Below, piece after piece: positions 20,515 through 30,522 of a stretch of DNA of 64,000 nt. Made by a program: the position numbers and the translations under genes. The notes beneath the pieces are model-generated. The model saw only the letters and a program-made list of their open reading frames with translations. It was not told the origin of the DNA and did no database searches. Origin of the DNA: Pseudomonadota bacterium (GTDB taxonomy: Bacteria; Pseudomonadota; Alphaproteobacteria; Rickettsiales; UBA1997); the NCBI GenBank assembly GCA_018970485.1, contig JAGWWH010000001.1:7137-71136 (forward strand), in the 5' to 3' direction. Position 1 is the stretch's first letter; each line of letters opens with the position of its first letter.

Positions 20515-20781
20515 AAGTTTTTCTTTTTTAATAAATTTTGCCAGAAACCAATAATAAGTTCAGGCTAAATGAAATGATGGTTCAATCACTCAAATTAGTA
20601 TCGAGAAGGTCTAATATTCTAGAGTTATTTGGAAAATCTTTACGATTTAAAGAAGCGGCTTTTCAAGAAAAGATTGATCTGGCCAAATTAGCTAGGTTAT
20701 TTGATCAGTAACCAAATTTACGGCTAACAAAAAACAATTCTCAACATCATCGCTTCTTAAGCGCAGATTAATTTTTAAAAC

Positions 20782-21675
20782 ATGAAACAAGAACAAGGCG
20801 CATTAACAGCTTCAGGAAAACTTCATTCTAGATTTTCAGAGATTTACGCAGAGGAAGAAATCTTATCGGATTAGCGATTGTGGGATTGGCTGCGAATAAA
20901 GCTCACGAGACTTACTACCCAGAAAAATACTGTTACGTAAAAGCCAGAAATAAGCTCAGAAAAGAGCTGAAAATAGACGGAGAAGATGAGTCTTTGCTTC
21001 AATCTGTTAAAGGACTCTTTGGCTTTGGAAGAAATCCAGAAAGAGATGCTAGACGCAAAGAGTTTAATAAGGTTTTTCGCGAGGTGTTAATCAGGGCTTT
21101 CTTCAACCTGAACAATCTCCAGATGATCTAGAAGAAAGATTAAAAGGTCATGCTTTTGAAGAATATTTTGAAGATACTTCTAGGCGCGATCCTAGATCAA
21201 ATAGTAAAAGTTCTGTAACTAGAGAGGGTGAGATCGAGATTAATTCTAGCTCGACTCTTCCAACAGAAGATCCCTCAACAAAAGATGTAAAAGATCAAAT
21301 CGCAGCACCCGAAATGAAAAATCTTTTTGATGACAAGGTTCTAAAATTAGAAGGCAAAAGTCTAAAATCAGTTACTTGCGAGACCTCAGAAAACGCTGCG
21401 GAAGTTGCTGATCAGATGGTAAAATTTTGCGAAAAGTAGGGGTTCCTTGCTCGAAAGAGATTGGGGAGGGCGGCTCTCAAAATCTTAAAGTTACAATGTC
21501 AGAAGGTTGGAAAGGTAAGGCTGAACCTTTTACCATGAATCAACAGGAACTAAGTGAGCTGAGTGCTGAGATTGCCAAACAAAAAGAAGCCCAACAAAAA
21601 ACTCCCGGGACAGGAAGTCATGCTGAAGCTGTTAGGGAGCGACAAAAAGCAGCGACATCAGGTCGCCAGCTTTGA
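20782..21675 (+). pseudogene. Frameshifted hypothetical (effector-like) gene
   Basis: ATG at 20782; coding-like sequence continues across about three frame changes (~20865, ~21105, ~21425) to SHAEAVRERQKAATSGRQL*. Confidence 0.6.
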
Positions 21676-21716
21676 GTGCTTGGGTAATTTATTTTGCGCC
21701 AAGGATTTTTTGATCG

Positions 21717-22895
21717 CTAAAAAGACAAAAAAGATTTTTCCAACTTCTCGATTCCTTCTTTCACTTGCGCGGAATTGATGTTTAGCGGAGGAAGCACACG
21801 AATCACATTGTCGCTTGCTGGAATCACAAGCAGACCGTGATTGATCAGTTTTTGAGTCATTTCAACATTTGGAATTTTTTCGTTGATTTTGATGCCAAGC
21901 ATCAAGCCAACTCCGCGAATTTCCTCGATTAGGTTTGGAAATTTTTTGTGAAGATTTTGCAATTCTGATTTCAATTCAGCGCCAACTTTTCTCACATTTT
22001 CTAAGAAATTTTCTTCAAGCATTACATCAAGAACAGCTGAGGCAACGGCCATGGCCATTGGATTGCCACCGTAAGTTGTGCCGTGAACACCAATCGTCAT
22101 TCCACTTGCCGCTTCTTTTGTTGCTAAACATGCACCAAGCGGAAAGCCGCCAGCGATTGCTTTAGCGGTGCCAACGATGTCCGGCTTTACGTCGAAAAAA
22201 TTGTGAGCAAAAAGTTCTCCGGTGCGTCCCATGCCGCATTGAACTTCGTCAAAAGCGAGAAGAAGGTTTTTTTCGTCGGCGATTTTTCTTAATTCTTGAA
22301 GAAATTTTTTCTCAGCGACGCGAATTCCCTCTTCGCCTTGGATTGGTTCGATCAAGATTCCAGCGGTATTCTCAGTGATTGCATTTTTTACGGCTTCAAT
22401 ATTTCCAAACTCAACATTGTCGAATCCATCAAGCGCCGGCCTGAATCCTTCGAGATATTTTTCTTTTCCGGCGGCAGAAATTGTGGCGATTGTGCGACCG
22501 TGAAAAGCGCCGGTAAAAGTAATAATCCGATTTTTGTGCGGTTGATTTTTTACGAAGAAATAACGGCGAATCATTTTGATTGCGCATTCAATACTTTCTG
22601 CTCCCGAATTGCAGAAAAAGACGTAATCAGCGAAAGAGTTAGAAGTTAGTCTTTCCGCGTAGTTATTGAGCTCGTTGCCGTTGTAAATATTAGAAACGTG
22701 CCAAAGTTTTTTTGCTTGAGAGGTGATTGCTGCAACCATTTTTGGATGACAGTGACCAAGAGCGTTCACTGCAATTCCTGCGCCAAAATCGAGATATTTT
22801 TTTCCCTCATTGTCAAAAAGGTAAGAACCTTCCCCGTGCGAAAATGTGACGTCGTAGCGCTTGTGAACCGGAAGAAGTTTCGGAGAAGTAGTCAT
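21717..22895 (-). CDS. argD: Acetylornithine aminotransferase
   Basis: GIAVNALGH, NSGAE, FHGRT, EPIQGE, DEVQCGMGRTG, HGTTYGGNP. Confidence 0.93.
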   Translation of the reverse strand: MTTSPKLLPVHKRYDVTFSHGEGSYLFDNEGKKYLDFGAGIAVNALGHCHPKMVAAITSQAKKLWHVSNIYNGNELNNYAERLTSNSFADYVFFCNSGAESIECAIKMIRRYFFVKNQPHKNRIITFTGAFHGRTIATISAAGKEKYLEGFRPALDGFDNVEFGNIEAVKNAITENTAGILIEPIQGEEGIRVAEKKFLQELRKIADEKNLLLAFDEVQCGMGRTGELFAHNFFDVKPDIVGTAKAIAGGFPLGACLATKEAASGMTIGVHGTTYGGNPMAMAVASAVLDVMLEENFLENVRKVGAELKSELQNLHKKFPNLIEEIRGVGLMLGIKINEKIPNVEMTQKLINHGLLVIPASDNVIRVLPPLNINSAQVKEGIEKLEKSFLSF

Positions 22896-22974
22896 TTTGA
22901 TTTTTGGTTTTACAAATTGAGAGCGCGCGCAGATAAAACTAAAATCTAAATCTGAAATCTAAATTTTCCCTCCA

Positions 22975-23661
22975 GTGCTTCTCGACTCTCCAGAAACGAA
23001 AGAAAAAATCCTGAAAGAATTTTTGCAGATCGCTGTCTTTGATGGATGGAACAAGGAAGCGCTCGTAAAGGCTGCTGCGAATTGCGGAATTGGTGAAAAT
23101 TTTCTGCCGTTAATTTTTGAAAATGGTTTGCTCGATTTGGCGGAATTTTATCTGCAATCGCAAAATGAAAAATCGCTAGAAGTTTTAGAAAATCTCGAAG
23201 GCAAAAAGATCCGCGACAAAATCAGGTTGTCGCTTTACGCCCGTTTTGAAGTTGAAAAAGAAAATAAAATTGCGCTGCAGCGTTTGATTAATTTTTATTT
23301 TGATCCGAAGAATTTTACTTCCTTTGAAACTGGCCCAAGGCCCATTTTTCAAGCCTTGAAAGCCTGTTACAAAATTGCTGATTTTATTTGGCAAAATATT
23401 GGCGACCAATCAACTGACTTCAACTATTACACTAAAAGAGCCACCCTTGGCAAAATTATTTTTCGGGCGATTCCGTTATTTTTAAAAAATGGCAACATCA
23501 ACAATTTCATTGATGCCGAGATTGAAAAAGTAATGAGATTTGAAAAATTCAAATCAGCAGCCAAAAAAACTCTTTGCCAAACTTTTTTTGATGAAAGCGG
23601 CTCTCCACGCTCTCCAAAAGAGCTCGTCAAAAATCTCCCATTCTTTCGTTTATTTTCTTAG
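22975..23661 (+). CDS. COQ9-family (rpsU-divergent) ubiquinone-related protein
   Basis: FDGW, GDQSTDFNYYTKR motifs. Confidence 0.88.
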   Translation: MLLDSPETKEKILKEFLQIAVFDGWNKEALVKAAANCGIGENFLPLIFENGLLDLAEFYLQSQNEKSLEVLENLEGKKIRDKIRLSLYARFEVEKENKIALQRLINFYFDPKNFTSFETGPRPIFQALKACYKIADFIWQNIGDQSTDFNYYTKRATLGKIIFRAIPLFLKNGNINNFIDAEIEKVMRFEKFKSAAKKTLCQTFFDESGSPRSPKELVKNLPFFRLFS

Positions 23662-23664
23662 CCA

Positions 23665-24408
23665 ATGTCTACCACTTTTAACACTCTTGACCTGATTTTT
23701 TTCGCCTTCACCGCGATCTTTGTACTTACCGCCGTTTTTCGTGGCTTCATTAAAGAAATATTTTCCTTCTTTAATTGGATTTTAGCGCTTGCGATTTCTT
23801 ATTTTTTAACTCCCTACATCTCTGATTTTTTCTCGCCTTATTTTGAGAGTAAGCTGGCGATTGATCTAGTCTCACGAAGCAGCATATTTATTTTAATTTT
23901 TCTGATTTTTTCTTTTTCAACTACCAAGTTTCGTGACTCTTTAGACGACAAAGTTCCGACGGTTTTCAATCGTTCCTTAGGTTTACTTTTCGGTCTTGCA
24001 AAAACTTTAATAATTTTTGGCGCCATTTATTCGATTTATTTGAATGCCTACACCTCAGTAATGAAGAGCAAGGTGAAAGAAGAGCCAGAATGGTTTCGTC
24101 AGGCTAAATCTCGTAGCTTGATTAAGACCTCAGGTGAAATGATCGATCCTTTGGTTAGAAAATTTTTCGACGCAGTGATGAAAAATTTCGATCAAGTTTT
24201 GCCTAAACCAGAAGATCTTTTGAACGAAAAAATTGACGAAATATTAAAAGAAAAATCCGCAGAATCTGTTGGAGGAGAGGCGAATTCAAAAACTGAAGAA
24301 AGCTCCCGATCCCTTACTGACAAAGAATTGGAAGAATCTCTCGACACCGGATATTCCAGGAAAAACATCGAGAAACTCAACCAGCTCATGGAAATTATTA
24401 ACAAATAA
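23665..24408 (+). CDS. cvpA: CvpA-family membrane protein
   Basis: RGFIKE, NRSLGLLFG, about 4 TM helices. Confidence 0.8.
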   Translation: MSTTFNTLDLIFFAFTAIFVLTAVFRGFIKEIFSFFNWILALAISYFLTPYISDFFSPYFESKLAIDLVSRSSIFILIFLIFSFSTTKFRDSLDDKVPTVFNRSLGLLFGLAKTLIIFGAIYSIYLNAYTSVMKSKVKEEPEWFRQAKSRSLIKTSGEMIDPLVRKFFDAVMKNFDQVLPKPEDLLNEKIDEILKEKSAESVGGEANSKTEESSRSLTDKELEESLDTGYSRKNIEKLNQLMEIINK

Positions 24409-24419
24409 ATATCAAAAAT

Positions 24420-25157
24420 ATGTTCAGACTTACGGGAAAAAACGTGTTAGTAACTGGTGCCACAGGTGGCATCGGGGCGGCGATTGCCAAGACTTTAGCC
24501 AAGCAAGGTGCAAAGTTAGTTTTGTCTTCAACCAGAGAAGAAAAGCTTCAAGAATTAGCTAATGAAATTGGCGGCGATGTAAAATTTATTGCTTGTGATT
24601 TGTCGAATGTTGAGGCCGTAGATGCCTTATTTGACAAGGCGGAAGAGCTTGTTGGTCAAATCGACATTCTCGTCTGCAACGCTGGGATCACCAAAGACAA
24701 TCTTGTTCTACGCATGAAGAATGAAGATTTCGATCACGTGATTGATGTGAATCTCAAATCAACCTTCATCCTCAATCGTAACGCCGTGAAAAAAATGATG
24801 CGCCGCAAATACGGTCGAATCATTAACATTACTTCGGTTGTTGGTGTAACGGGAAATCCGGGGCAGGCGAATTACGTCGCTTCAAAAGCTGGAATGATCG
24901 GGATGACAAAATCAATCGCACAAGAAGTTGCGTCGCGCGGCATCACCATTAATTGCGTCGCGCCGGGTTTTATTAAATCTCCAATGACCGAAATTTTAAC
25001 TGAACAACAAAGAGCGGCGATTCTTCACAAAATTCCTGCAGGTGAAATGGGCGAATCAACTGACATCGCTAAAGCAGTAGCTTTTCTAGCAAGCGAAGAC
25101 GCGTCTTACATTACGGGACACACACTCCACGTGAATGGCGGAATGTTCATGAATTAG
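24420..25157 (+). CDS. fabG: 3-oxoacyl-ACP reductase
   Basis: TGATGGIG, NAGITKD, GNPGQANYVASKAG, VNGGM. Confidence 0.96.
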   Translation: MFRLTGKNVLVTGATGGIGAAIAKTLAKQGAKLVLSSTREEKLQELANEIGGDVKFIACDLSNVEAVDALFDKAEELVGQIDILVCNAGITKDNLVLRMKNEDFDHVIDVNLKSTFILNRNAVKKMMRRKYGRIINITSVVGVTGNPGQANYVASKAGMIGMTKSIAQEVASRGITINCVAPGFIKSPMTEILTEQQRAAILHKIPAGEMGESTDIAKAVAFLASEDASYITGHTLHVNGGMFMN

Positions 25158-25205
25158 CCAACAGCTTTTATTTTTTTCAGCGTCGCAAAATTTAATTAAC
25201 AAAAA

Positions 25206-26144
25206 ATGACAACTCACAAAACAAAAGTAGCGATCATTGGCTCTGGCCCAGCGGGATTTAGTGCGGCGATTTACGCAGCGCGCGCAAATTTGCAGCCAAT
25301 AATCATTAACGGAAATGCTCCGGGGGGACAGTTAACAATCACAACTGACGTTGAAAATTACCCTGGTTTTGCGGAAGCCATTCAAGGCCCGTGGCTAATG
25401 GAACAGATGCAAAAACAAGCCGAGCATGTCGGTACGAAAATTGTTAACGACCACATTGCGCAAGTCGATTTTTCTTCACGTCCATTCAAGTTAATTGGTG
25501 AATCGGGGGATGTTTACGAAGTGGAAGCAGTTGTGATTGCAACCGGTGCGCAAGCGAAATGGCTTGGCTTGGAATCAGAAAAAAAATTCCAAGGATTTGG
25601 CGTTTCTGGTTGCGCAACTTGTGACGGATTTTTCTTTCGCGGCAAAGAAGTGATTGTCGTTGGCGGCGGGAATAGTGCGGTTGAAGAGGCTTTGTACTTA
25701 ACCAATCACGCCAGCAAAGTTTACGTCGTACACCGTCGCGATGCATTTAAATCAGAAAAAATTCTGCAAGATCGTTTGTTTAAAAATCCAAAAATCGAAG
25801 TGATTTGGAATCACGCTTTGGAAGAAGTTTTGGGCTCGGAAAATCCAAAAACCGTTACCGGCGCGCGCTTAAAAAACACCGTTTCTGGCGAAATTCGTGA
25901 AATGAAAATTGACGGAATTTTCATTGCGATTGGTCACAAACCAAATTCTGATTTATTCAAAACAACTGGCTTAAACATTGATCCAGAAGGTTACATCCTG
26001 ACAAAATCTGGCTCGACTTCGACAAACATTCCGGGCGTTTACGCCGCAGGTGACATTCAAGACAAAATTTACCGTCAAGCCATTACCGCTGCCGGAACTG
26101 GATGCATGGCCGCGCTTGAAATCGAGAAGTTTTTGGCTCATTAA
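25206..26144 (+). CDS. trxB: Thioredoxin reductase
   Basis: GSGPAG, CATCDG, GGGNSAVEEA, YRQAITAAG. Confidence 0.97.
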   Translation: MTTHKTKVAIIGSGPAGFSAAIYAARANLQPIIINGNAPGGQLTITTDVENYPGFAEAIQGPWLMEQMQKQAEHVGTKIVNDHIAQVDFSSRPFKLIGESGDVYEVEAVVIATGAQAKWLGLESEKKFQGFGVSGCATCDGFFFRGKEVIVVGGGNSAVEEALYLTNHASKVYVVHRRDAFKSEKILQDRLFKNPKIEVIWNHALEEVLGSENPKTVTGARLKNTVSGEIREMKIDGIFIAIGHKPNSDLFKTTGLNIDPEGYILTKSGSTSTNIPGVYAAGDIQDKIYRQAITAAGTGCMAALEIEKFLAH

Positions 26145-26231
26145 ACACTGCTAAAAAAACCTCAAAAAACAGCCTTCAAAAATAAAATATTTTTGCGAGC
26201 CCAACAGCGCCAAGGGTTTTAATGGGGAGGT

Positions 26232-26253
26232 TTGTCGCCACCGGTGGCGACAA
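26232..26253. repeat. Perfect 22-bp palindrome
   Basis: TTGTCGCCACCGGTGGCGACAA, 28 bp upstream of the DUF1016-SNase start. Confidence 0.9.
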
Positions 26254-26281
26254 TTGAAGCAAATTTAAGGAGAAAATCTTT

Positions 26282-27424
26282 GTGAGAAAAAAAACGAAAA
26301 TCGTCGTAAATTCTGCCGACATTTCCATTGGCGATTACGCAAAAATTCTCAAAGAAATCCAAAGCTGCATTTCTCAAACGCAAAATAAAATCATTCAAAA
26401 TGTTGCGCGCCAGAAAGTTGAAATGGCTTGGCAAATTGGCAAAACCATTGAGAAATTTTTGTCAAAAAAAGATCGCGCCAAATACGGCGAAAGACTGATT
26501 ACAAAGCTCGAAGCTGACACGGCAATCACAAAAACTGTGCTCTACAAAATGCACGGCTTTTACAAAACCTACCCAAAAATTCCCAAGGACGATCCGCGTT
26601 TAAATTGGAGTCATTACCGCATTCTCAGCGGTGTGAAAAAAATCGAAGAAAGAAAATTTTTAGAAGATCTAACCAGGCAAAATTCTTGGGAAGTAAGCGA
26701 GCTGCAGCAGGAGGTTAAGAAAAATAAAGTCAGTCAGAGCCTTGAAAATAAAGACTCGAAACAAATGAGTAAAAAAAATACTCAATCCAAAAACCCTCTG
26801 GCCAAAAACCCTCTGGCCAAGAACCCTCCTGAAAGAAAAATTACGCCAACTCGCGGCAAATTATTTTCTTACGAAATTAAAAAAATTGTCGGTTCCGAAA
26901 AATATTTTTTTGATTGTGGCTTTGGAATTTTTCGCGAGATCTCAGAAATTTTGCCGCGTACTATTCGTCGCGACGGAGTAGTAGCAAATGTTACGAAAAA
27001 AAATGGCGTTTACTCGATCAAAAAATCGGCAATTCCTCCACAAAAATTGCACACCTACAAAGCCCATTTAGAGCGCGTGGTTGATGGCGACACCATTAGA
27101 GTCAATCTCGATTTAGGTTTTGGAATTTTTCACCACGAAATCTTGCGTTTGGCAAAAATTAATGCGCCTGAAATCAAGACTAACGAGGGTAAAAAAAGTT
27201 TCGTGATTCTGAAAAAAATCTTAAAAGACGTGCCATTTTTAATCGTTAAGAGCATCAAAACTGACATTTACGGTCGCTACGTAGCCGATGTTTTTTTAGC
27301 CAAGAAAGAGCAGAAAAAAACTTTGCTGTTGACGGCAGAGAATGAATTGCAAAATGTCGCGGAATCTGGTGAGTATTTGAATCAGAAAATACTTAATGAA
27401 GATCCAGCTTCGCTAATTTTTTAA
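26282..27424 (+). CDS. DUF1016/YhcG N-terminal domain fused to a thermonuclease (SNase-like) domain
   Basis: WQIGK, YGERLI, LNWSHYRIL (YhcG-N); VVDGDTI.VNLDLGF, LRLAKINAPE, DIYGRYVADV (SNase). Confidence 0.82.
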   Translation: MRKKTKIVVNSADISIGDYAKILKEIQSCISQTQNKIIQNVARQKVEMAWQIGKTIEKFLSKKDRAKYGERLITKLEADTAITKTVLYKMHGFYKTYPKIPKDDPRLNWSHYRILSGVKKIEERKFLEDLTRQNSWEVSELQQEVKKNKVSQSLENKDSKQMSKKNTQSKNPLAKNPLAKNPPERKITPTRGKLFSYEIKKIVGSEKYFFDCGFGIFREISEILPRTIRRDGVVANVTKKNGVYSIKKSAIPPQKLHTYKAHLERVVDGDTIRVNLDLGFGIFHHEILRLAKINAPEIKTNEGKKSFVILKKILKDVPFLIVKSIKTDIYGRYVADVFLAKKEQKKTLLLTAENELQNVAESGEYLNQKILNEDPASLIF

Positions 27425-27435
27425 AAAATAAAAAC

Positions 27436-28335
27436 ATGAAATTGAAAAAGGCCTTTTCTTTGATCGAGCTCTCGATCGTTATTTTAATCGTTGGCGTACT
27501 TGTCGCTGCTGTCGGTCAAGGAATTGATCTTTTGCAAGATGCAAGATTGCAAGCAGCTAGGGTAAAAACCCAAGGCTCGCGTGTTAATGGCATCAAAGAT
27601 TTGGTGTTGTGGCTGGATGCGACGGCTGAGAATAGTTTTGCTGAGGGAGAGGCTGTTGATAATGGACGAATTCAATTTTGGAACGATTCTAATCCTCAGA
27701 GAGAAAAAAATAACTTCAATCAATCCACTAATGGTCAGAGGCCAAGATACTTTGAAAACGTCATTAACAATCTTCCCGCCATTACATTCAATGGTACCGA
27801 CGAAAACATGGCTTCAACAACATTTCCAACTATTACTTCTGGAGAATTTACAATTTTCGCAGTTATTAGAACTGGTACAGCTTTAGCGCCTGCCAATACT
27901 TACGATGCGATAATTTCAAAACGCTCTGCGACCACTACCGCTAACGTTAACCTAGAATTATCGCAAGGCCAAGATGGTTCAGGAAACAAAGGTTTTCTTG
28001 CTCAAAGAACTCAGCGCATCGATTTATCGACCATCGCTATTAACACCAATTACGCAATTTCTCTTACCGTTTCTCCTCCTGCTTCCAAGGCTTTTGTGAA
28101 TGGAAAGGGAATCTACAATCTTACTACAGGAGGGCCATCGATCAACACTAGTTTGCTTTCGACCGATCTTCTTTATATCGGAAGACAAGGATTAACAGCC
28201 GCTCCAACTTATTTTGATGGTTCAATCGGAGAGTTAATAATTTACGACAGAAGCTTGTCTATGAAAGAAAGGCAATCGATCGAAGATTATCTTGGTAAGA
28301 AGTGGGGAATTGGCATGACTGTCGAGTCTTACTAA
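27436..28335 (+). CDS. Prepilin N-methylation signal plus LamG/concanavalin-like domain protein
   Basis: KAFSLIELSIV; LVLWLDA, LYIG, FDGSIGELIIYDRSLS, YLGKKWGI. Confidence 0.85.
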   Translation: MKLKKAFSLIELSIVILIVGVLVAAVGQGIDLLQDARLQAARVKTQGSRVNGIKDLVLWLDATAENSFAEGEAVDNGRIQFWNDSNPQREKNNFNQSTNGQRPRYFENVINNLPAITFNGTDENMASTTFPTITSGEFTIFAVIRTGTALAPANTYDAIISKRSATTTANVNLELSQGQDGSGNKGFLAQRTQRIDLSTIAINTNYAISLTVSPPASKAFVNGKGIYNLTTGGPSINTSLLSTDLLYIGRQGLTAAPTYFDGSIGELIIYDRSLSMKERQSIEDYLGKKWGIGMTVESY

Positions 28336-28356
28336 TTCAAATTCATTCAAAATTTC

Positions 28357-30522
28357 ATGTTTTTGGCAACAAATTTCTCGCTCTCAATCGACAAAAAAGG
28401 TGTCGCTAGTATCGTTCTTGATTTGCCGAATGAAAAAATAAACAAACTCTCCGCTCCAGTAATGGCAGAGATTGAGCAGGCTTTGAATGTTATTGATGGA
28501 AATAAAGCGGTCAGAATTTTGGTAATTAGCTCAGCCAAAAAAGATATTTTTGTTGCTGGTGCTGACATCAATGAAATTAAGGATTTACGCGACCCAGAAG
28601 ATGCGAGAAAAAAAGTTTCGCGTGGTCAAGAAATAATGAATAAAATTGCTGCGCTAAAGATTCCAACCATTGCGGTGATAAATGGAGCTTGTCTCGGCGG
28701 TGGTTTGGAACTTGCGCTAGCTTGTAAATATCGCGTCGCAGTTTTGAGTCAAAAAACACAGCTTGGTTTGCCAGAGGTTAATCTTGGAATTATTCCTGGT
28801 TTTGGTGGAACGCAACGCTTGCCGAAGTTGGTTGGATTGCCTGAATCTTTGAAAATCATTCTTTCTGGAAAATCAATCGACTCCCGCAAAGCCTTAAAAA
28901 TCGGTCTTGTAGACGACTTAATTCGTGAAGAATTTTTGACTGAAAAACTCAGTCAATTTGCCAATGAAATTTTAAAAGATCCAAAGACCAATCGCTACCT
29001 ATCAGCTCGTAGCGTTTCTCGTAAAAAGCGCTTCTTAACCGAAGGTTTGTTTTTTGGAAAATACGCAATTTTTTACTTTGCTAAAAAGGATTTGTGGAAA
29101 AAGACAAAAGGTTCTTATCCTGCACCATTTGTTGCTTTAGAGGTTATTAAAAGAACCTACGAAATGACTTACGGCGTACGTGGATTTAAAACCGAACTTG
29201 ATGCTTTTTGTGAACTTTGCGTTGGTGATGTTTCTAAAAATTTAATCGACATTTTCTTTACTAACGAAGCCTTGAAGAAGGATTCTGGAATAGAAGGTGA
29301 GGGCCGTGGATTAGAAGTTGAGAATGTTGCCGTCATTGGCGCTGGAGTGATGGGTGGCGGAATTGCTTGGCTCTTTGCCAATAATGACATCAATGTTCGC
29401 GTCAAAGATATTGCTCAAAACGCGATCGCGCTCGGTTACAATCAAATCATTAAAATCTTCGATCAGCTTAAAAAAATTCGAAAACTGACTCAGGAGCAAA
29501 TCAATTTTAAAATTGGTAAAGTAACGACAAGTCTTGATTACATTGGTTTCTCGCGAGCTGATTTGGTGATCGAGGCCGTTGTTGAAAACATGGCGGTGAA
29601 AAAAAAGATTTTAGCTGAGCTGGAAACTAAGGTGAAAAAAGATGCCGTGATTGCTTCCAATACTTCTTCTCTTTCAATTTCTGAAATGGCGAGCGCACTA
29701 CAAAATCCTGAACGCTTCGCGGGTATGCATTTTTTCAATCCCGTAAATCGCATGCCTTTGGTTGAAGTAATTCGCGGCGAAAAAACTTCAGACAATACAA
29801 TAGCAACGATCGTCAAATTGTCGAAGAAGTTAGGAAAAACACCAATTGTAGTAAAAGATGTTGCGGGATTTTTAGTGAACCGCGTTCTACTTCCTTACAT
29901 GAATGAAGCGGCATTTTTGTTGCAAGAAGGTGCGGAAATTACTCGTATTGATTCGCTAATTGAAGGATTCGGCATGCCAATGGGGCCTTTTATTTTGGCT
30001 GATGTGGTTGGAATTGATGTTGGTGTAAAGGTTGCTCATTCCTTAAGAGAAGCTTACGGAGACCGCATGCCAGTAGCTGATATTCTCGAAAAAATTTATC
30101 AAAATCACAAAGATCTTTTAGGAAAAAAAGTTGGAAAAGGTTTTTACATTCATGGCGAACAAAACCGCGTGAATTCTCAGATCAACGAAATTTTGTTAGA
30201 AGTCAGAAAACAGAAAAATATTCATCAAATCTACATACGAGATGAAGACATTATTGATCGCGCCATTTTGATGATGGTGAACGAAGCAGCGAAATGTTTA
30301 GAAGAGAATGAAGTAAAAAATGCTCGTTACCTTGACATGGCAATGATCATGGGATGCGGCTTTCCAGCATTTCGCGGCGGTGTTTTAAAATATGCTGACA
30401 GCTACGGAATTGATAGGGTCGTAAGCAAGTTGCAGGAGTTTAGCAAGAAACATGGAAAGCGCTTCGAAGTAAGTAATTTGTTGATTCAAATGGCGCAAAA
30501 AAGACAAAAATTTTACTCATAA
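28357..30522 (+). CDS. fadJ: Fatty acid oxidation multifunctional enzyme (enoyl-CoA hydratase / 3-hydroxyacyl-CoA dehydrogenase)
   Basis: AGADI, GGGLELALAC, LPEVNLG, GAGVMGGGIA, SNTSS, GMHFFNP; start may be 28378. Confidence 0.9.
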   Translation: MFLATNFSLSIDKKGVASIVLDLPNEKINKLSAPVMAEIEQALNVIDGNKAVRILVISSAKKDIFVAGADINEIKDLRDPEDARKKVSRGQEIMNKIAALKIPTIAVINGACLGGGLELALACKYRVAVLSQKTQLGLPEVNLGIIPGFGGTQRLPKLVGLPESLKIILSGKSIDSRKALKIGLVDDLIREEFLTEKLSQFANEILKDPKTNRYLSARSVSRKKRFLTEGLFFGKYAIFYFAKKDLWKKTKGSYPAPFVALEVIKRTYEMTYGVRGFKTELDAFCELCVGDVSKNLIDIFFTNEALKKDSGIEGEGRGLEVENVAVIGAGVMGGGIAWLFANNDINVRVKDIAQNAIALGYNQIIKIFDQLKKIRKLTQEQINFKIGKVTTSLDYIGFSRADLVIEAVVENMAVKKKILAELETKVKKDAVIASNTSSLSISEMASALQNPERFAGMHFFNPVNRMPLVEVIRGEKTSDNTIATIVKLSKKLGKTPIVVKDVAGFLVNRVLLPYMNEAAFLLQEGAEITRIDSLIEGFGMPMGPFILADVVGIDVGVKVAHSLREAYGDRMPVADILEKIYQNHKDLLGKKVGKGFYIHGEQNRVNSQINEILLEVRKQKNIHQIYIRDEDIIDRAILMMVNEAAKCLEENEVKNARYLDMAMIMGCGFPAFRGGVLKYADSYGIDRVVSKLQEFSKKHGKRFEVSNLLIQMAQKRQKFYS

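Noticed and set aside
26282-28335. Diversity-generating retroelement or shufflon acting on the pilin-LamG gene
   Set aside because: No reverse transcriptase, template repeat or invertase in the window; the two paralogues are too diverged to be a TR/VR pair
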